Part shown: piece by piece, positions 1 through 13,817 of the stretch
How positions within the stretch are numbered: position 1 is the first letter of the stretch
Layout of the letters: the number at the start of each line of letters is the position of its first letter
NCBI RefSeq assembly: GCF_001194135.2
Contig: NC_068989.1
Location: 5,070,134-5,134,133, forward strand
Length of the DNA stretch: 64,000 bases
Reading direction: 5' to 3'
From: Octopus bimaculoides
Lineage: Eukaryota
Notes under the pieces: model-generated
What the model was told of the DNA's origin: nothing
Database searches by the model: none
The model's input: only the letters and a program-made list of their open reading frames with translations
Program-made: the position numbers and the translations under genes

Positions 1-48
<48 letters not shown>

Positions 49-178
49 AATATGTGTGTATGTATATTTATGGAAGAGAAGCCCATATAAACATACGTAT
101 GTATGTATGTGTGAATAAATACATTTAGATGGGTATATATTTATATATGCTGTATAAACACATTTACATGTGTGGGTG

Positions 179-212
<34 letters not shown>

Positions 213-708
213 TACACATATCAAATGAAAGTTACAAAAATGGCTCCAGGGGGTAGAGTTTTTATGCCTGGCACTTAACAGCTTGACTTAAATTTGAGAG
301 TTTGTTCATAATTAATGTTACAGAGCCATAAACATTCCAGAAAAAAAAATTATTTACATTCTGTAGAACAAAAAAAACCTCATGGATTTTATGTGAGTCT
401 GATAGGTGCCATGCATGAAATTCTTTGACCATAGGCTTACTTATTCTGTTTCTCCTGTTTGTTCTACCAAACCTATACACATACACACAAACACACATGT
501 ATATTAAAACAAAGAATGGAAAATTTTAATTCAGTGTTACACACGTTTCATTAGTATCAGAAATACATTATAAATATAAATAATAATAATAATAATATAA
601 ATATAATGAATTTATAGTAGTTATATACAAGTAGAGAGCATGTAGAGGATCTCCTAAACTGTAACACAGCCTGGATTATAGCCCATTCTATACATGTGTG
701 TGTGTGTG

Positions 709-751
<43 letters not shown>

Positions 752-800
752 GCATATGTATATATGTGTATATATTTCTGTGTATCTGTATATGCATATG

Positions 801-839
<39 letters not shown>

Positions 840-884
840 CTATGTATTTTTATAAGTGTATGTATATATATCTACGTATATGTA

Positions 885-916
<32 letters not shown>

Positions 917-1290
917 CCATATATATATATGTGTGTGTTTGTGTATGTTACATAGAACAGATACATATATATGTTTGTGTTTGATAGAACAAACACATGT
1001 GTGTGTGTTTGTTTGGTAGAACAAATACTTATATTTTATATTTGTGTAAACATTTATTCAAGTTTAATCTAATTTTTGTTGATTGTTTTTCATATTTCTT
1101 TATTTGTCCTTTATATACTTACTTCGATACAGTTTCTTATTTTCATTAATTTATAAATTTTTTGAGTCTTTCTCAGTCCTATCATCAGAACAACATAAAG
1201 AGAATAATGTGCTGCATGATGATGGGGCATGAAGGTCTTGAGATGTTTATAGAGTATTTAGGAATACCACTGTTTCAAACTGCACATAAA

Positions 1291-1455
1291 GTACATTATT
1301 TACATTTGACGGATATTTGTCCTCATTTTGTTTGTTGTTAACACAACACTTCAGCTGATATGTCCTCCAGCCTTTCCCCGAGACACCTGATGAAGGGTGG
1401 AGATATATCAGCCAAACCGTTGAGGACAAATATCCGTCAAATGTAAATAATGTAC
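1291..1455. mobile_element. Inverted head-to-head pair of the same Penelope-like/hammerhead tail
   Basis: Perfect 35-bp inverted repeat at 1291-1325 and 1421-1455; CTGATGA core at 1387-1393. Confidence 0.7.
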
Positions 1456-3725
1456 ATAATTCCTCATAAAGTGCTTATAAAGAAATAAGAAATATTCTTA
1501 TTAAAAAGATCTAACTGAAACAACTGTATGAAAAGAAGGGTGAGACTTCAGAGTTGTGTCCTGTTTGCCTTTGTTGGACTTATGAAGGATAGGTCGAAAC
1601 ATCAAAGTTGCTTCCACCCCTCTTCTTGTATGCACACTACAAAAAGGATTGAGTCATCCATTAGTTTAATGTTTGTTCATTTTTACAATTTGACATAAAA
1701 GCAATACACACACACACACACACAGATATACACAGGTTTGTGTGCATGTGTATACATACATGTATCTGTGTAATGTGTGTTTTCAATGTGCATATCTGCA
1801 TGTTGTGATGAGCATTGAGTGTATCAAAGCTGTTGCCTGGCTTGACTGTTCTCATTTTCAGGTTGTGTTTTTATACTCATTCAAACTCTTCTACTACATC
1901 CATATCTGTATAATATCAATGAACATGTGCAAAAGAAGAGAAAATTATACAACTGCACAAGAGTCTTGGAGTTGTACAGCAATATTTACTTTGTACTAAG
2001 TTTTTTGTTGTTTTGTTTTTTAATCATTAACCAAACATTTTGATGGTGTTCCACCAGGTTTGTTTTGAGTTGACTAATATAGTTCAAGATTTAAAAGTCC
2101 ACTGAGTTCAAACTTAGAAGGGGCATGTGTCACTAAACTGGTGTCCTTCTCCTGTTTTCCATTACAGTTGCTAACCTTTAAACCCAACCTCAAAATGTTT
2201 CTATATCTATCTATGTGAATATATATGGATAAGAAAAGATTTCACCCTACTAAACATAAGTGTGTGTGTGTGTGTGTAGGAATGGTTTATGGTTAAGTAG
2301 TTTGTTTTGCAACCTTGTGATTTCAGATTCAATTCCAATGTACGGTATCTTGGGCAAGGGTCTTCATCTCTAGCTTCAGGTTGACCAATGACTCATGGAT
2401 GAAATTCGCTTGATTGAAAGACACACACACACACACACACACTCACTCCATCAGTCGATCCGTCTGTCTGTCTGGCAGGTAGGCAAATATCAAAACAGAC
2501 TGGAGTCTAGTGTAGCTCACTGGCTTACCAGTTCCAGTCAAACTGCCTTACAGATGCTAAGTGATGATGATGATGATGATATAAATAAAATAGCTAGTTT
2601 CACTTTCACAGCATTAACTTGCATGTGACCTGAGCTGACCAATAGAAGCCTAACATCTAGAATCCATGAATTTGTCTCATATTTCTAACTCTTCTTCAAA
2701 TATCTGATGGAAAGGATATATCCTACACATTAAAAAAACAACTGTCATAAAAAGCTGAGTCAAACTCTTACCAAAAATATATGTAACTTGAAAACCAGAT
2801 GTGTTGAGTACCAGTTTGTCTTCGCCCACACCATCATGTGTGTGTATGTGTGTATATATATACATATATACAAATTGAGGGAGTGGTGCAGGTTCGACTA
2901 AAATTCCTCCTGGTGGTGCCCCAGTATGGCCTCAGCCTACTGACTAAAGCAAATAAGCAGATAAAATTACACACATGCACGTGTCTTTACTCTGGACATT
3001 ACAGTCACTCCTAAAGAATAAATTCTCTTGAAGAGAATTGGAAGTAATCCGGATGTTAGTACAAATAATAACCAAAGCACTTGGAATGATCAACTATGAC
3101 CATCACAACCTTTGTTTCGCTGACATCATATAGCCTGGTCTACAGTATGCAATTTATCTTCATTACGCATATTGGTGATGGATTGCAGAGTCAGTATGTA
3201 AACGATAAAAGAAAAACATCATGCTATTTGGTGCCATACTGGTTATACCCCTTCGCCCTTTATACTTGCTTTTAATTTGTCACCAGTTTCACCACTTCCA
3301 GGGTTGACTGTGAACACTTTACACAACTTGCAATATATCCATTCTGCTGGTAGTTGCAGAACACTTCAGTAAAGATAGATGCTAACACTTCTGGTATATA
3401 AAAAGAGTAATTTTGGTCCTCAAGCGCCTTTCCAATCAATACCACCTATATTTCTGTTGCTGTTAAAGTTTTTTTTCCCTTCCATCATTTCATCTCTCCT
3501 AGTAGGAGTAATGGCAAATAGATGACGGCTTTAAAGTCCACCTTTTCCAGCTCACCTTTTACCTGCCACACCTCAAAAACAGCTTGTCTAATGGGTCATG
3601 CCTTTTGAATCTTTTATACTTATGGGACTGGCTTTAACTCTCACAAGGAGAAAACGCTGCAGTATAATCCTCTTCCTCTGCCTTTCTCACTCAATGTGAA
3701 AACCTGTGTAGGAAGAGTCTTCATT

Positions 3726-3928
3726 AGAAATCTTTAAGCATTTAAACTGGCCATATTCAACCTGTTTTATGTTCAAACCATCCATATCTGGTCTCTCACA
3801 CCTACCCTACAATATATTCTAAAATATATAATCACATCACCGAAATCTCGAAGTTACGAGATAATGCATGATTATTTCAAAACAATGTGAATAAATAAGC
3901 ATTACATTTGACAATATTAACGGGTTAA
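3726..3928. mobile_element. piggyBac-like MITE copy
   Basis: Internal sequence matches 34509-34717; ends in GGGTTAA. Confidence 0.65.
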
Positions 3929-3994
3929 GACAGTGCCTAGTGTAAAAAAAAATTGTTGAATGCCATAACCAGGAATATAGTGTTCGTTATAGAA

Positions 3995-4299
3995 CAGTGG
4001 TTTTCAATTGGGGTTCATATAACATTTTGGAAGGGTCCATGCTATGAAAAGAGTAAATTGTTCTTCAGTATTTTAAGGGACCATGAAAAGTTTTAACTAT
4101 ATGCATTACAAGAAACGGGTTTCTTTCTCTAATGTTTTACATAGTTCAACCTATAAAAGTGAATAATAGGAAATTTGAAAGAAGTATCTATGAAATTAGT
4201 TTTTAAATGTCGAATGGCTATAGGTGGGGGGAGTCCACCAGAATAAAATAGTTAACAAAAGGAGCCATAGGAAGTAAAAGAAATGTTTGAGAATCACTG
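3995..4299. mobile_element. hAT-type MITE
   Basis: Terminal inverted repeats CAGTGGTTTTCAA...TTGAGAATCACTG. Confidence 0.7.
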
Positions 4300-4462
4300 C
4301 TCTACTAGAGCGTCAGTGACAATAATGTGACTTACGACGTCATACTGTGACCAATCTTCGTCTTAAGAGAGTTGTCAGGGGTCATCTTCGCCATTGGTAC
4401 ATCTGCTATATCTTACCTACTAGCGTTTTCTATGAGACCCATTAGTCTGGTGTTTTCTAACA

Positions 4463-4833
4463 TATCTCGGGAGGGTCATTATTACCAATAATTTTCAAAC
4501 ATACTGGTTCTATTTCACTTTCACTTTATTTTTTATTAGTTAATTGGTTTGCGATTTAACTAATCTATTGTTCGATTAATCATTCGGTCGATCAATCAAC
4601 TGGTTTATCACCAATCGTGACCTCATCAATAACGTGCCTTCTCAACCGCATAGAAGATTTCGCGAGTAGCGATGAAAGAACTTCGACAAATATAACTGAT
4701 TGATTAATCGAACCATTAATCAACCTAACAGTCGATTAGCTTAATCGGTTAAGTGGTTAGCCAATTGACTAATAAATAATAAAGTGAAATAGAGCCAGTG
4801 CATATGCTTATTGGCATAACGACCCTCTCAAGA
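4463..4833. mobile_element. Foldback MITE (family also at about 31022-31376 and 59445-59650, left arm only)
   Basis: TCTCGGGAGGGTCATTAT...ACTGGTTCTATTTCACTT is mirrored by AAGTGAAATAGAGCCAGT...ATAACGACCCTCTCAAGA. Confidence 0.75.
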
Positions 4834-5631
4834 CACACTATACATTACAACACTCGAGTTCACATCAAGAATCTTGCAAAACAAGTAAATCTTGCAAAAC
4901 AAGTAAATCCCTCAGAACCTAGGCTTTTCTCTTTAACTCCACCTATCATATTCTGTTCGATTTGTATTTAGATTTCTCGTAATGCAATTCGATTTTTGCT
5001 GGAGCCCAAGTTTTACGTCGTATCTTTTTAGATACAATTTTGAGGGATGGCATCGACTCAGGAGCGATTGAAAGGTAAAGTTGGCCATGGCGGTATTTTG
5101 AATTCAGATTGTAAAGTGTCGGATTAAAATACTGCTGGACGTTTTCCCGACACTAACGATTCTACTAAACTCGAGGAATGTGTAAAATATTGCTATGTGG
5201 ACAGCAAAGAAAATTAAACAAAGATTTAATGGATCAGAGGAAAAATATAAAACTGACACTAAATAATTAGCCAATGTTCGTACCTTCTTGCCAGAAGTTG
5301 ATAAAATGTTATGGGGTATGTAGATGATGACAAGATGACTCTGGAAAACTATTAAGTATAAAACTGGAAATATTGGTCTATGTTAGTGTGATAAATATAA
5401 TTAGACACCTTTAGCACGGTATGAAGGAGAGGGAGAGAGAGAGAGAGAGAGAGGCAGACAATGTGAATGAGAGACGTAAAGAGAGTGGTGAACAACGATT
5501 TGATACGAAAGCAGAGGAAAACGTAATAGAAATTATGACGTCATAACAGATATTGTATTTGGAATAATATCCTTAACTTTTTGCGAGCTGTATTCTCAAT
5601 ATTTTCATGAATAAATGAAACATCTAATGTA

Positions 5632-5835
5632 CGTATTTGATGGCATATAAAACACTTTTTTTTTTTTTACAAAGAAATAAAAGCCCCAAAATAAATCATC
5701 CAGAATCCTATACACGGAGTTTAAATATTACATGCTTTAATGCACTAAGAACTCTTTTTTTTTTTTCTCGAATATGCGCTGCTGAAATAGGGGCTGTATC
5801 TAATGCCTGTGCATCTTTTATGCCATCAAATACGG
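5632..5835. mobile_element. Tc2/pogo-like MITE with TA flanks
   Basis: ta-CGTATTTGATGGCATATAA...TTTTATGCCATCAAATACGG-ta. Confidence 0.65.
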
Positions 5836-6493
5836 TATTAATTTTATTGTACGAGTTGTGGAAATAGATACTTTAGATTGTCAGACGACGCCATTACACT
5901 GGTGACGGAAATAACGAATGCCTTAATGTTGCAGAATCCCCCTAGACTCTATATGGTATTTTTGCCGTGACGGTCGCATATTTGTAGGATTAATATTTAA
6001 TGTTTCTTTCCATTTTATTTTTTTCAGATGCAGTTTGTACGAACTTATAGATTCCCCAGTTGACAACGTGTACAGACTCCATCTTTGTCTCGTTGGTGAA
6101 CTACTGTAAGCTGTCATAAGAGTATGTTCGCTATAAGAAATAACGATAACATTACATATCTATGGCCATATGTTACTAGCTATATTAGAAATGCGGAGGT
6201 AAAGAATACGCTCACCACCTATTTTCGGCGTAACCCTGACCCTAAACGCCGAAAACGGATGCTGTGCGTATTTTTTACCTGCACCATTAGAAGTATTAAA
6301 TTATTGCCAACAGACAGTTGTGGACCCTATACTTGTATGTAGAGATTATTGTGTAGATTTACTATATAGACTGGTCATGAACAACCTGTGGCCCGCGCGA
6401 TTTTCTGAATGGTACGCCTAATGAAAACTTAGCAGTGCTGCCCACTTCTTGAAAAAGTTGTCCACAATTAATATTGACAAATATCATACATAC

Positions 6494-6647
6494 AACAACA
6501 CACTATAGAACAAAAAATGGACTATATACCTGTTGTAACTTGGTTATCTATAGTCCGATGATATTGTAATTCCGAAATATCATCGGACTATAAATAACCA
6601 AGTTTCAACAGGTATATAGTCCATTTTTTGTTCTATAGTGCGTTGTT
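6494..6647. repeat. Long hairpin: 72-bp inverted arms, 3 mismatches, 10-nt loop
   Basis: 6494-6565 is the reverse complement of 6576-6647. Confidence 0.95.
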
Positions 6648-7600
6648 ATACCATTCTAAACTTTTTATTCTTTACAAACAATACACAATGTTTCAAGCGA
6701 ACTACAATACTCTCGTACATACAACAGTAATTCTTGATTTCTTAAAGTTATCTCTGCCCCTAGAGGATGTGTTATAATTACCAAATGGCAACTAAAAAGC
6801 AAGATAAGATTAATAAATCAAGCATTTATTTTGTATGGTATTTGATGCAGCTGTATCTGTCCATGTTTTTCAAATACATGTCATTGACCATGATTAAGTT
6901 ATTTCTCTTGGTTTAGGGTATCTATAGCGGGATTGAAGAACAATTTGTTGCTGATTCTCTACAAAATTATTTGTCCAAGGGTGAGAGACACACACTGTTC
7001 TTAACGAGGGAATATAGACAGTGCATATTAAGTGTTTCAGAAAGAGACATGATAATACTCGATGCTGAAAACGTTGTTCCAGTACAGAAGGATCTTCTGC
7101 AATGCTATTTTTCCTTCACATCTTAGGAACATCACCAAATCTTGTGAAATTTCTTCCAAGCAGTTGAAGTTCTTCAAACTTGTACCAAATAATATTTTTT
7201 GAAATGTAGTCCTGAGGTAATTTTGTGTTTTAAACGTTATGGTGTAGTTTAAGGGAAGATTTGGCTGCCATTTCTAGCCGGTGGAGAAACCACGTAAAGG
7301 TTCCGTAGGTGCTGATTTCCATTGCTATGGGGATCAGCACTGGTAATATGTCAATCTGTGGGTACGATTGGCTAAAATTACATAACTTGAAATGTTTGTA
7401 GCTTTGACCAACATCTTTTTTCCGAAGGCTATACCCAATATGCTATTTCCATATTTAAGGTACTATGGTCTGATATAAGGGAATTCTAGTTGCGATTCTT
7501 AGCAGATTCGGTAGCTACATAAAGTTTTTATTTGTTGTTGTAGTTAGTACAGGAATAAATGTAAGAAGCAACCAAAATGTTTTGAAAATGTTGATACAGG

Positions 7601-7634
<34 letters not shown>

Positions 7635-10600
7635 GGGGACGATTTCAGGGAGGTAACTCCGAATAGAATTCATTCATAATCCGTTTGAATTATCGTTTCC
7701 TTTCCTGCAGAGGACACAAGCATTTCTAAAGAAAATGGGTCGAGTCGTTCGACATGCTACAAATAGCAGCAGTCAAATATCATTGCAATGAAACCCACGA
7801 TCTTAAATATTGTAAGGACACAACAGATAATGATTTAACATGCAGCTTTGTATCTTAAAACAGTGAAAGTAAATTTCGTTTGAAGTAACGATAGCAAAAT
7901 CCATTAAGTTTTGAATTTTCCAATGTGTGTGTTTTCGTGAGCTTGTGTACCCCCCTCCACACACCCACACACAGTGTACTGTTCCGTGATGGTAAGATCA
8001 ACAAAAAGTACTCCATCTTTTGAGAGATAAATATTATTTAATAAACATAATACATATTTTCATGTCTAGCTTTCTGTATATGCTCTCTCTCTATCTGATC
8101 ATTTATCTTGTTGAGGTGGTTGTATTTATAGTGTTAAATCTTTACAACTACTCAAAACTTGAGCTGTGCCGGAGTAATTATTTATTGAAGCCCTTCACTC
8201 ACTATGGAACATCGGCCATCGATGTCCTTTCTAAACTATTCTCGACTTAGAACTGTCTTTTCTTCTTTTCTCCAGTTGGATCCCTGATTTTCGCCCGTGC
8301 TACCTGTACCTTCCTCTCCATTTCCCCGAGGAAAGGCCTTTTCCCTCCAGGTCTTGGTTTTGAACTGTCATCAATGCTTCTGTAACTTTGATTTTTTTTT
8401 CTGGGTAGAGATATTGGCTTTACGCAGACCAATTCTTACCTCTGACCTTTGACCTATCCATCATCAAAGGCCCTTCCAGGAGCTTATGCTAGATTGGTAT
8501 TACTCCCAGGGTCATTGGGGCACACGAGCCATCATATTGCCGCAGGGCCAAGACCTTGCGGTAGTATGTAAGAAATGGTGTGAGACATAACTATGAAACA
8601 ATATGCTGTGAATGGGGTAAGCTTAGATATGAACAGTGTAGAGGTGTAGTGAGGTTAGTCGATTACATTACTTGACTGGTACTTTATTTTATCGACGCTG
8701 AAAGAATGAAAAGTGAAGTTGATCTCGGCGAGATTTGAATTCAAAACGTAAAGAGCCGAAACAAATCGGGCAAAGGATTTTCCAGATGCGTTGTTGATTA
8801 TATTTGGGTTAATTTTCTTCAAGTAAATCTATCTTCAAAGATATGCCAGTCATAATTATTCGATTTTTTTACACCACAAAATCCAAGAAACAGGAAGGGT
8901 GTTTGATTTTTTTTATATATCTTGAAATGTTACGATATTAATCAGAGATATTCATGTTAGCTTACATTAAATGTTTATAGATAAATGTGCGGGATTAACA
9001 CAGCCAAAACGAGTTATATTGTTAATTGCTTATTGTAGAGATAAATGTAGATATTTACATACAGCACTGGTTCCTTTCTAAGTTATATATTTAAAGATTC
9101 TAGGGATGACAAGAGAGTATATTTAGAGTGTTGTTTCAGAGAGGCAGATCACATTTTTGGTAGCATATCACTCCAAGTAATTTGATAATGCTAGGAATGT
9201 TTTCTAGCACAATATTATCTCCGATATCATTATTTTCTCTCATATTTCATGTACATATATTTAAACACGTGTTTGTTGTTTTATTGTTTAATCCAAGGTC
9301 AAATCTTATCAAGGACGTCTATAATAAATGACATTTCTCTAGTGATTTCATCAGGAATGTTGTATCAACAACTTCATTGCCCAGTGGGCTCTTTGCTTTT
9401 AAAGGAATAAGTTGCAATAAAGAAGAGATTTTATAGTTACTGTACTTGTGTAAAACTTGCACCCAATAATTTAGCATTAACTCTTGGTACATTTTTTGTC
9501 CTTTCATATTCAAACTTGGTATTAGCTTTGCTCTGTTTTTTCAGTTGCACTCCAACATTTTTTTCTAGTTAAAATTAAGAATAAAATAATGCGTCTTATA
9601 TACGTGTAAATACTTTTTTTCCTAAAAGGTTAAACAACAGTATTAAAGTTTCTTCGATTGTATTTTGATAGTGATAAAATGTAGACTCGTTGGTGATTAG
9701 ACCCTTTAACAAAGTGTGTAAAAGTTGCTGGGGCTAGGACCCAGCTTTTATGTTACTCTAGTTTAAAAGCTAACAGCTATGATCAAGAAAATCTTAAAAA
9801 CTATAGACCAGAATATATCTTTGTATGTTGAATATACACCAGCCTTTTATGCTGTTTTACAGTGGAGAGAGGGAGAGATAGAGATAGAGACAGAGAGAGA
9901 CGGAGAAACAAAAACACACACGCAGAGAGTGAGTGAGAGAGAGAGGTAGGGAGAAAAAAGAAGAGAGTCATAGAGAGAAATAAAGAGATGGGCTATGCCT
10001 GTTGATGTATTGATGATTGAAAGACGGAGAAGACGCAGTAAATGTTTCAGTTATGGAAATATGACGTCATAGTAGATATAATAAAAAAACTTTATCCAAC
10101 TTCCAGAACAATATTCTCAGTATTTGCCTTTGTGTGTACAGTTACAGTTAACAGACAGTTGAAGTGTTAGAACACTACCCTACACTTGACACAATATGGT
10201 CAGCTGATTCTAGAGAATACAGTAACTATATTTACGTTGTGGTTTGTGAGAAGCAGAACAGGTAAAATTTTGCTATCCCATCCGCCCCACTTGGAGGGTG
10301 AAGTTTATGGTTTACCTATGGTTTTTGATGTGTTATGAACGAATCTGGCCATCAAAACCGTCTGAAGTCACTTGCTCTTTAGACAAATCACCCCCTTCAA
10401 AATGTGACAGGTGTATTAGCAAAGTGGCCAAAGCTTTCTTTTTCTATTGTGGCACTCCGTCGGTTACGACAACGAGAGTTCCAGTTGATCCGATCAACAG
10501 AACAGCCTGCTCGTGAAATTAACGTGCAAGTGGCTGAGCATTCCACAGACACGTGTACCCTTAACGGAGTTCTCGGGGAGATTCAGTATAACACAGAGTG

Positions 10601-10745
10601 AAACAAGGTTGGCCCTTTGAAATTCAGGTACAACAGAAACAGGAAGAAAGAGTGAGAGAAAAAGTACAGCAGGGTTCGCTGGACAAAAGTTTGGAACAAA
10701 TGTCTGAAAATCGTGGACAAAAGATTTACTATTATTTTTTTGTAT

Positions 10746-11134
10746 TCTTTTACTCTTTTACTCTTTTACTTGTTTCAGTCATTTGACTGTGACCATGTTG
10801 GAGCACCGCCTTTAGTCGAGGAAATCGACCCCAGGACTTATTCTTTGTAAGCTTAGTTCTTATTCTATCGGTCTCTTTTGCCGAGCCGCTGAGTTACGGG
10901 GACGTAAACACACCAGCATCAGTTGTCAAGCGATGGTGGGGGGACAAATACAGACACACAAACATATATACGACGGGCTTCTTTCAGTTTCCGTCTACCA
11001 AATCCACTTACAAGGCTTTGGTCGGCCCGCAGCTATAGTAGAAGACACTTGCCCAAGGTGCCACGCAGTGGGACTGAACCCGGAACCATGTGGCTGGTAA
11101 GCAAGCTACTTACCACACAGCCATTCCTACGCCT
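10746..11134 (-). mobile_element. SINE family A, full length
   Basis: Reverse complement of the 29286-29664 consensus. Confidence 0.85.
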
Positions 11135-13138
11135 GTATGTGAAATTTATGTCCGTCTCATTTTGAAGTTGAAATATTTGTTTTTGACCTGATTTCTGATA
11201 TGTTTTGAACGAATTTCACCATCAAAACCGTCGGAAATCAATCTTTCTTTAGGTAAACCACGCTCTTCAAATAGTGTCAGATATAATAATAAGAATTTAC
11301 TGCAAAGCTTGTATGGTAACATGACACACTACGTAAGCTGTGAATGCTTTTTCCCAAACACGTAACTTATGCATTTAGTTTCTTCCACGTTTCATAGATA
11401 CCATAGGATTTATTCATTGACTTGTAGATAAATAATTGTTGCTGTTTAATCCCAGGTAAGCAATTCAGTGCTTCAAAACTGCATTACAGGTACACAATTC
11501 ATTGCTTCAAAACTTTAAATTGATTGGTGAGAGCAATTCATTTCACATAATGAACGCTATTATTCAACAAGTTAGAATTTGAATAACATTCAACAGGTAT
11601 GCTCTTATAAAAATCTTTTCAGTTATTTGTGTAATTGTCTGAAGGACTTTGAAGAAAAGGAAATTTCGTCCTTGAGGACAAAAAAACAAAAAAACAAACG
11701 AAAGAAAAAAGAAAAAAGAAAAGAAGTTGGTTTCCTATTCCACTGAGCGAGGGAACATTTTGCTTAAAAACGTTTAACTTGAAATAAAACTTTTAACTTG
11801 AAATATATGGAGAAGTCATTTTTGCTTTCAAATGTTATGTGACCGACTTGTTGGTGCCGGCTTGAAAATATTAACAGAAAATTTTCCTGAAATTGCTATA
11901 CAGCCTACCATATTTTCCTACACTGAATTTCTCACATACTGTCCACATCGCACACTGTTTATCCATCACACCCAAAACAAACAATTTACTTTATTAATCA
12001 ATTTTTTTTCGGAGACGTCTATGCTTATGATAATTTCAATTAACCCATACCACAAAAGCTAATCACACAGATAGCAACACTCCACTCTCCACAAACAAAC
12101 ATAACTCCTACAATTCAACAAGTTCAATCGTATGAGCCAACCTCTACGTTGGCTCATTCGATTGTGGTCTTTTTGCCCTTCCATACGCATTTGATCGTTG
12201 GAAACCCGTTTTAAATTTTGCCTTGAGAACAATAAATTTGTTTCTTTCTCGAAAGTTGAAAGTTTTTCAAATCTTTTATTTATTATCTTTCTCAGTTATT
12301 AGACTGCGGCCATGCTGGAGCACCATATTGAAGAGTTTTTAGTCGAATGAATCACCTCTTGTACTTACTTCTATCGATCTCTTTTGCCGGACGATTAAGT
12401 TACGGGAACGTAAACATACTAACACCAGTTGTCAAGTGGTGGTCACACACACGCACAACGAGCTTCTTCCGTCTACCAAGTCCCTTTACAAGGCTCTGAT
12501 CGGCTCGAGGCCATAGTAGACAACACTTGGCCCAAGGTGCCGTGCAGTGGAACTGAACCCAGAATCGTGTAGATGGGAAGCAAACTTCTTACTACTCAGC
12601 CACACCTGCTGACACCATAGATATTCACAACAATTCTCTTTTTTACCCAATAGGTTCCATATCTTAAGTGAATTCCAAAAAACATTCAAAGATTGTCAGA
12701 AATCAAATGAAAGTAATTGCGCAAGAAAATCTATCATGTTAGAAAATAAGTCGGGTATAAATATTGTTCAATTCGTCCAATTCAATAAACAGAATCGATC
12801 TCTATTTGTTACAAATCGTATCACATTCCTCTTTATTGCTTATTTACCTTCGTGAGGAGTTACAGCAATCCACATAAATTATTATTATTATCATTATTTT
12901 GATTTGGCTCAATTCGGTCTTATTCCTGGTAGGATTTATCTAGGTAGTGCGTTGCTACCTGTAACCTTAGGTATCCACAAGTTTTCAGCAGTCTTTCAAG
13001 TGCTTAGAAGGCCCCACTGATAATGTTTGCTGTCCCTAAGAGGAAAACTTTCTGTTGGAGTTTCACCGGGCATTCTATTTTAATCTCCTTCAGCCATTTG
13101 TCTCTATCTTTGCTTCCTGTTCCCAACGTACAAATTAT

Positions 13139-13347
13139 TCTTTTCTACTCAAGGCACAAGGCCCAAAATTTTCGGGGGAGGGGTGGCCAGTCGATTAGAT
13201 GGACCCCAGTACGCAACTGGTACTTAATTTATCGACCCCGAAAGGATGAAAGGCAAAGTTGACCTCGGCGGAATTTGAACTCAGAACGTAAAATCAGATG
13301 AAATACCGCTAGGCATTTCACCCAGTATGCTAACGTTTCTGCCGCCT
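13139..13347 (-). mobile_element. SINE family B
   Basis: Matches the family consensus. Confidence 0.85.
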
Positions 13348-13517
13348 TCAACGCACCGATTATTATAGACATAATCTTTACTGTTCGCATGCTCCAAATT
13401 CTGCCTTTCAAATTTTAAGGGATTGCATTTTCATTGTTTTACGTCCTCTTTACGATCCTGGAATCAAACGGACATGATGGCTCGATTAGAAAGCAACTTC
13501 GCTTTACATTATCTACT

Positions 13518-13620
13518 GCGTGGCACTTTGGGCAAGTGTCTTCTACTATAGCCTCGGGCCGACCAAAGCCTTGTGAGTGGATTTGGTAGACGGAAACTGA
13601 AAGAAGCCCGTCGTATATAT

Positions 13621-13654
<34 letters not shown>

Positions 13655-13817
13655 TTGTGTGTCTGTATTTGTCCAGCCACCATCGCTTGACAACCGTTGC
13701 TGGTGTGTTTACGTCCCCGTAACTTAGCAGTTCGGCAAAAAGAGACCGATAGAATAAGTACTAGGCTTACAAAGAATAAGTCCTGGGGTCGATTTCCTCG
13801 ACTAAAGGCGGTGCTCC
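13518..13817 (+). mobile_element. SINE family A, 5'-broken, runs into a gap
   Basis: Near-identical to the family consensus. Confidence 0.8.

Noticed and set aside
750-1019. ORFs made of YI/CV/HT/ER dipeptides (also 19346-19830, 34006-34450, 52122-52409, 23592-24566)
   Set aside because: Dinucleotide microsatellite or purine-tract artefacts.
3000-3560. Traces resembling a Tx1/L1-like RT (EVLASIFTEVFCNYQQNGYI, minus strand)
   Set aside because: Too decayed to call boundaries or class by eye.
5875-6105. Possible plus-strand exon pair with a strong acceptor at 6027
   Set aside because: Splicing 5955->6028 creates TGA. The 78-nt exon peptide (CSLYELIDSPVDNVYRLHLCLVGEL) is not recognisable and has no supporting exons.
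7116-7211. Protein-like 32-codon minus-strand segment DYISKNIIWYKFEELQLLGRNFTRFGDVPKM* after a CAG
   Set aside because: Weak polypyrimidine tract, no recognisable family and no partner exons. A tBLASTn/BLASTx hit would revive it.
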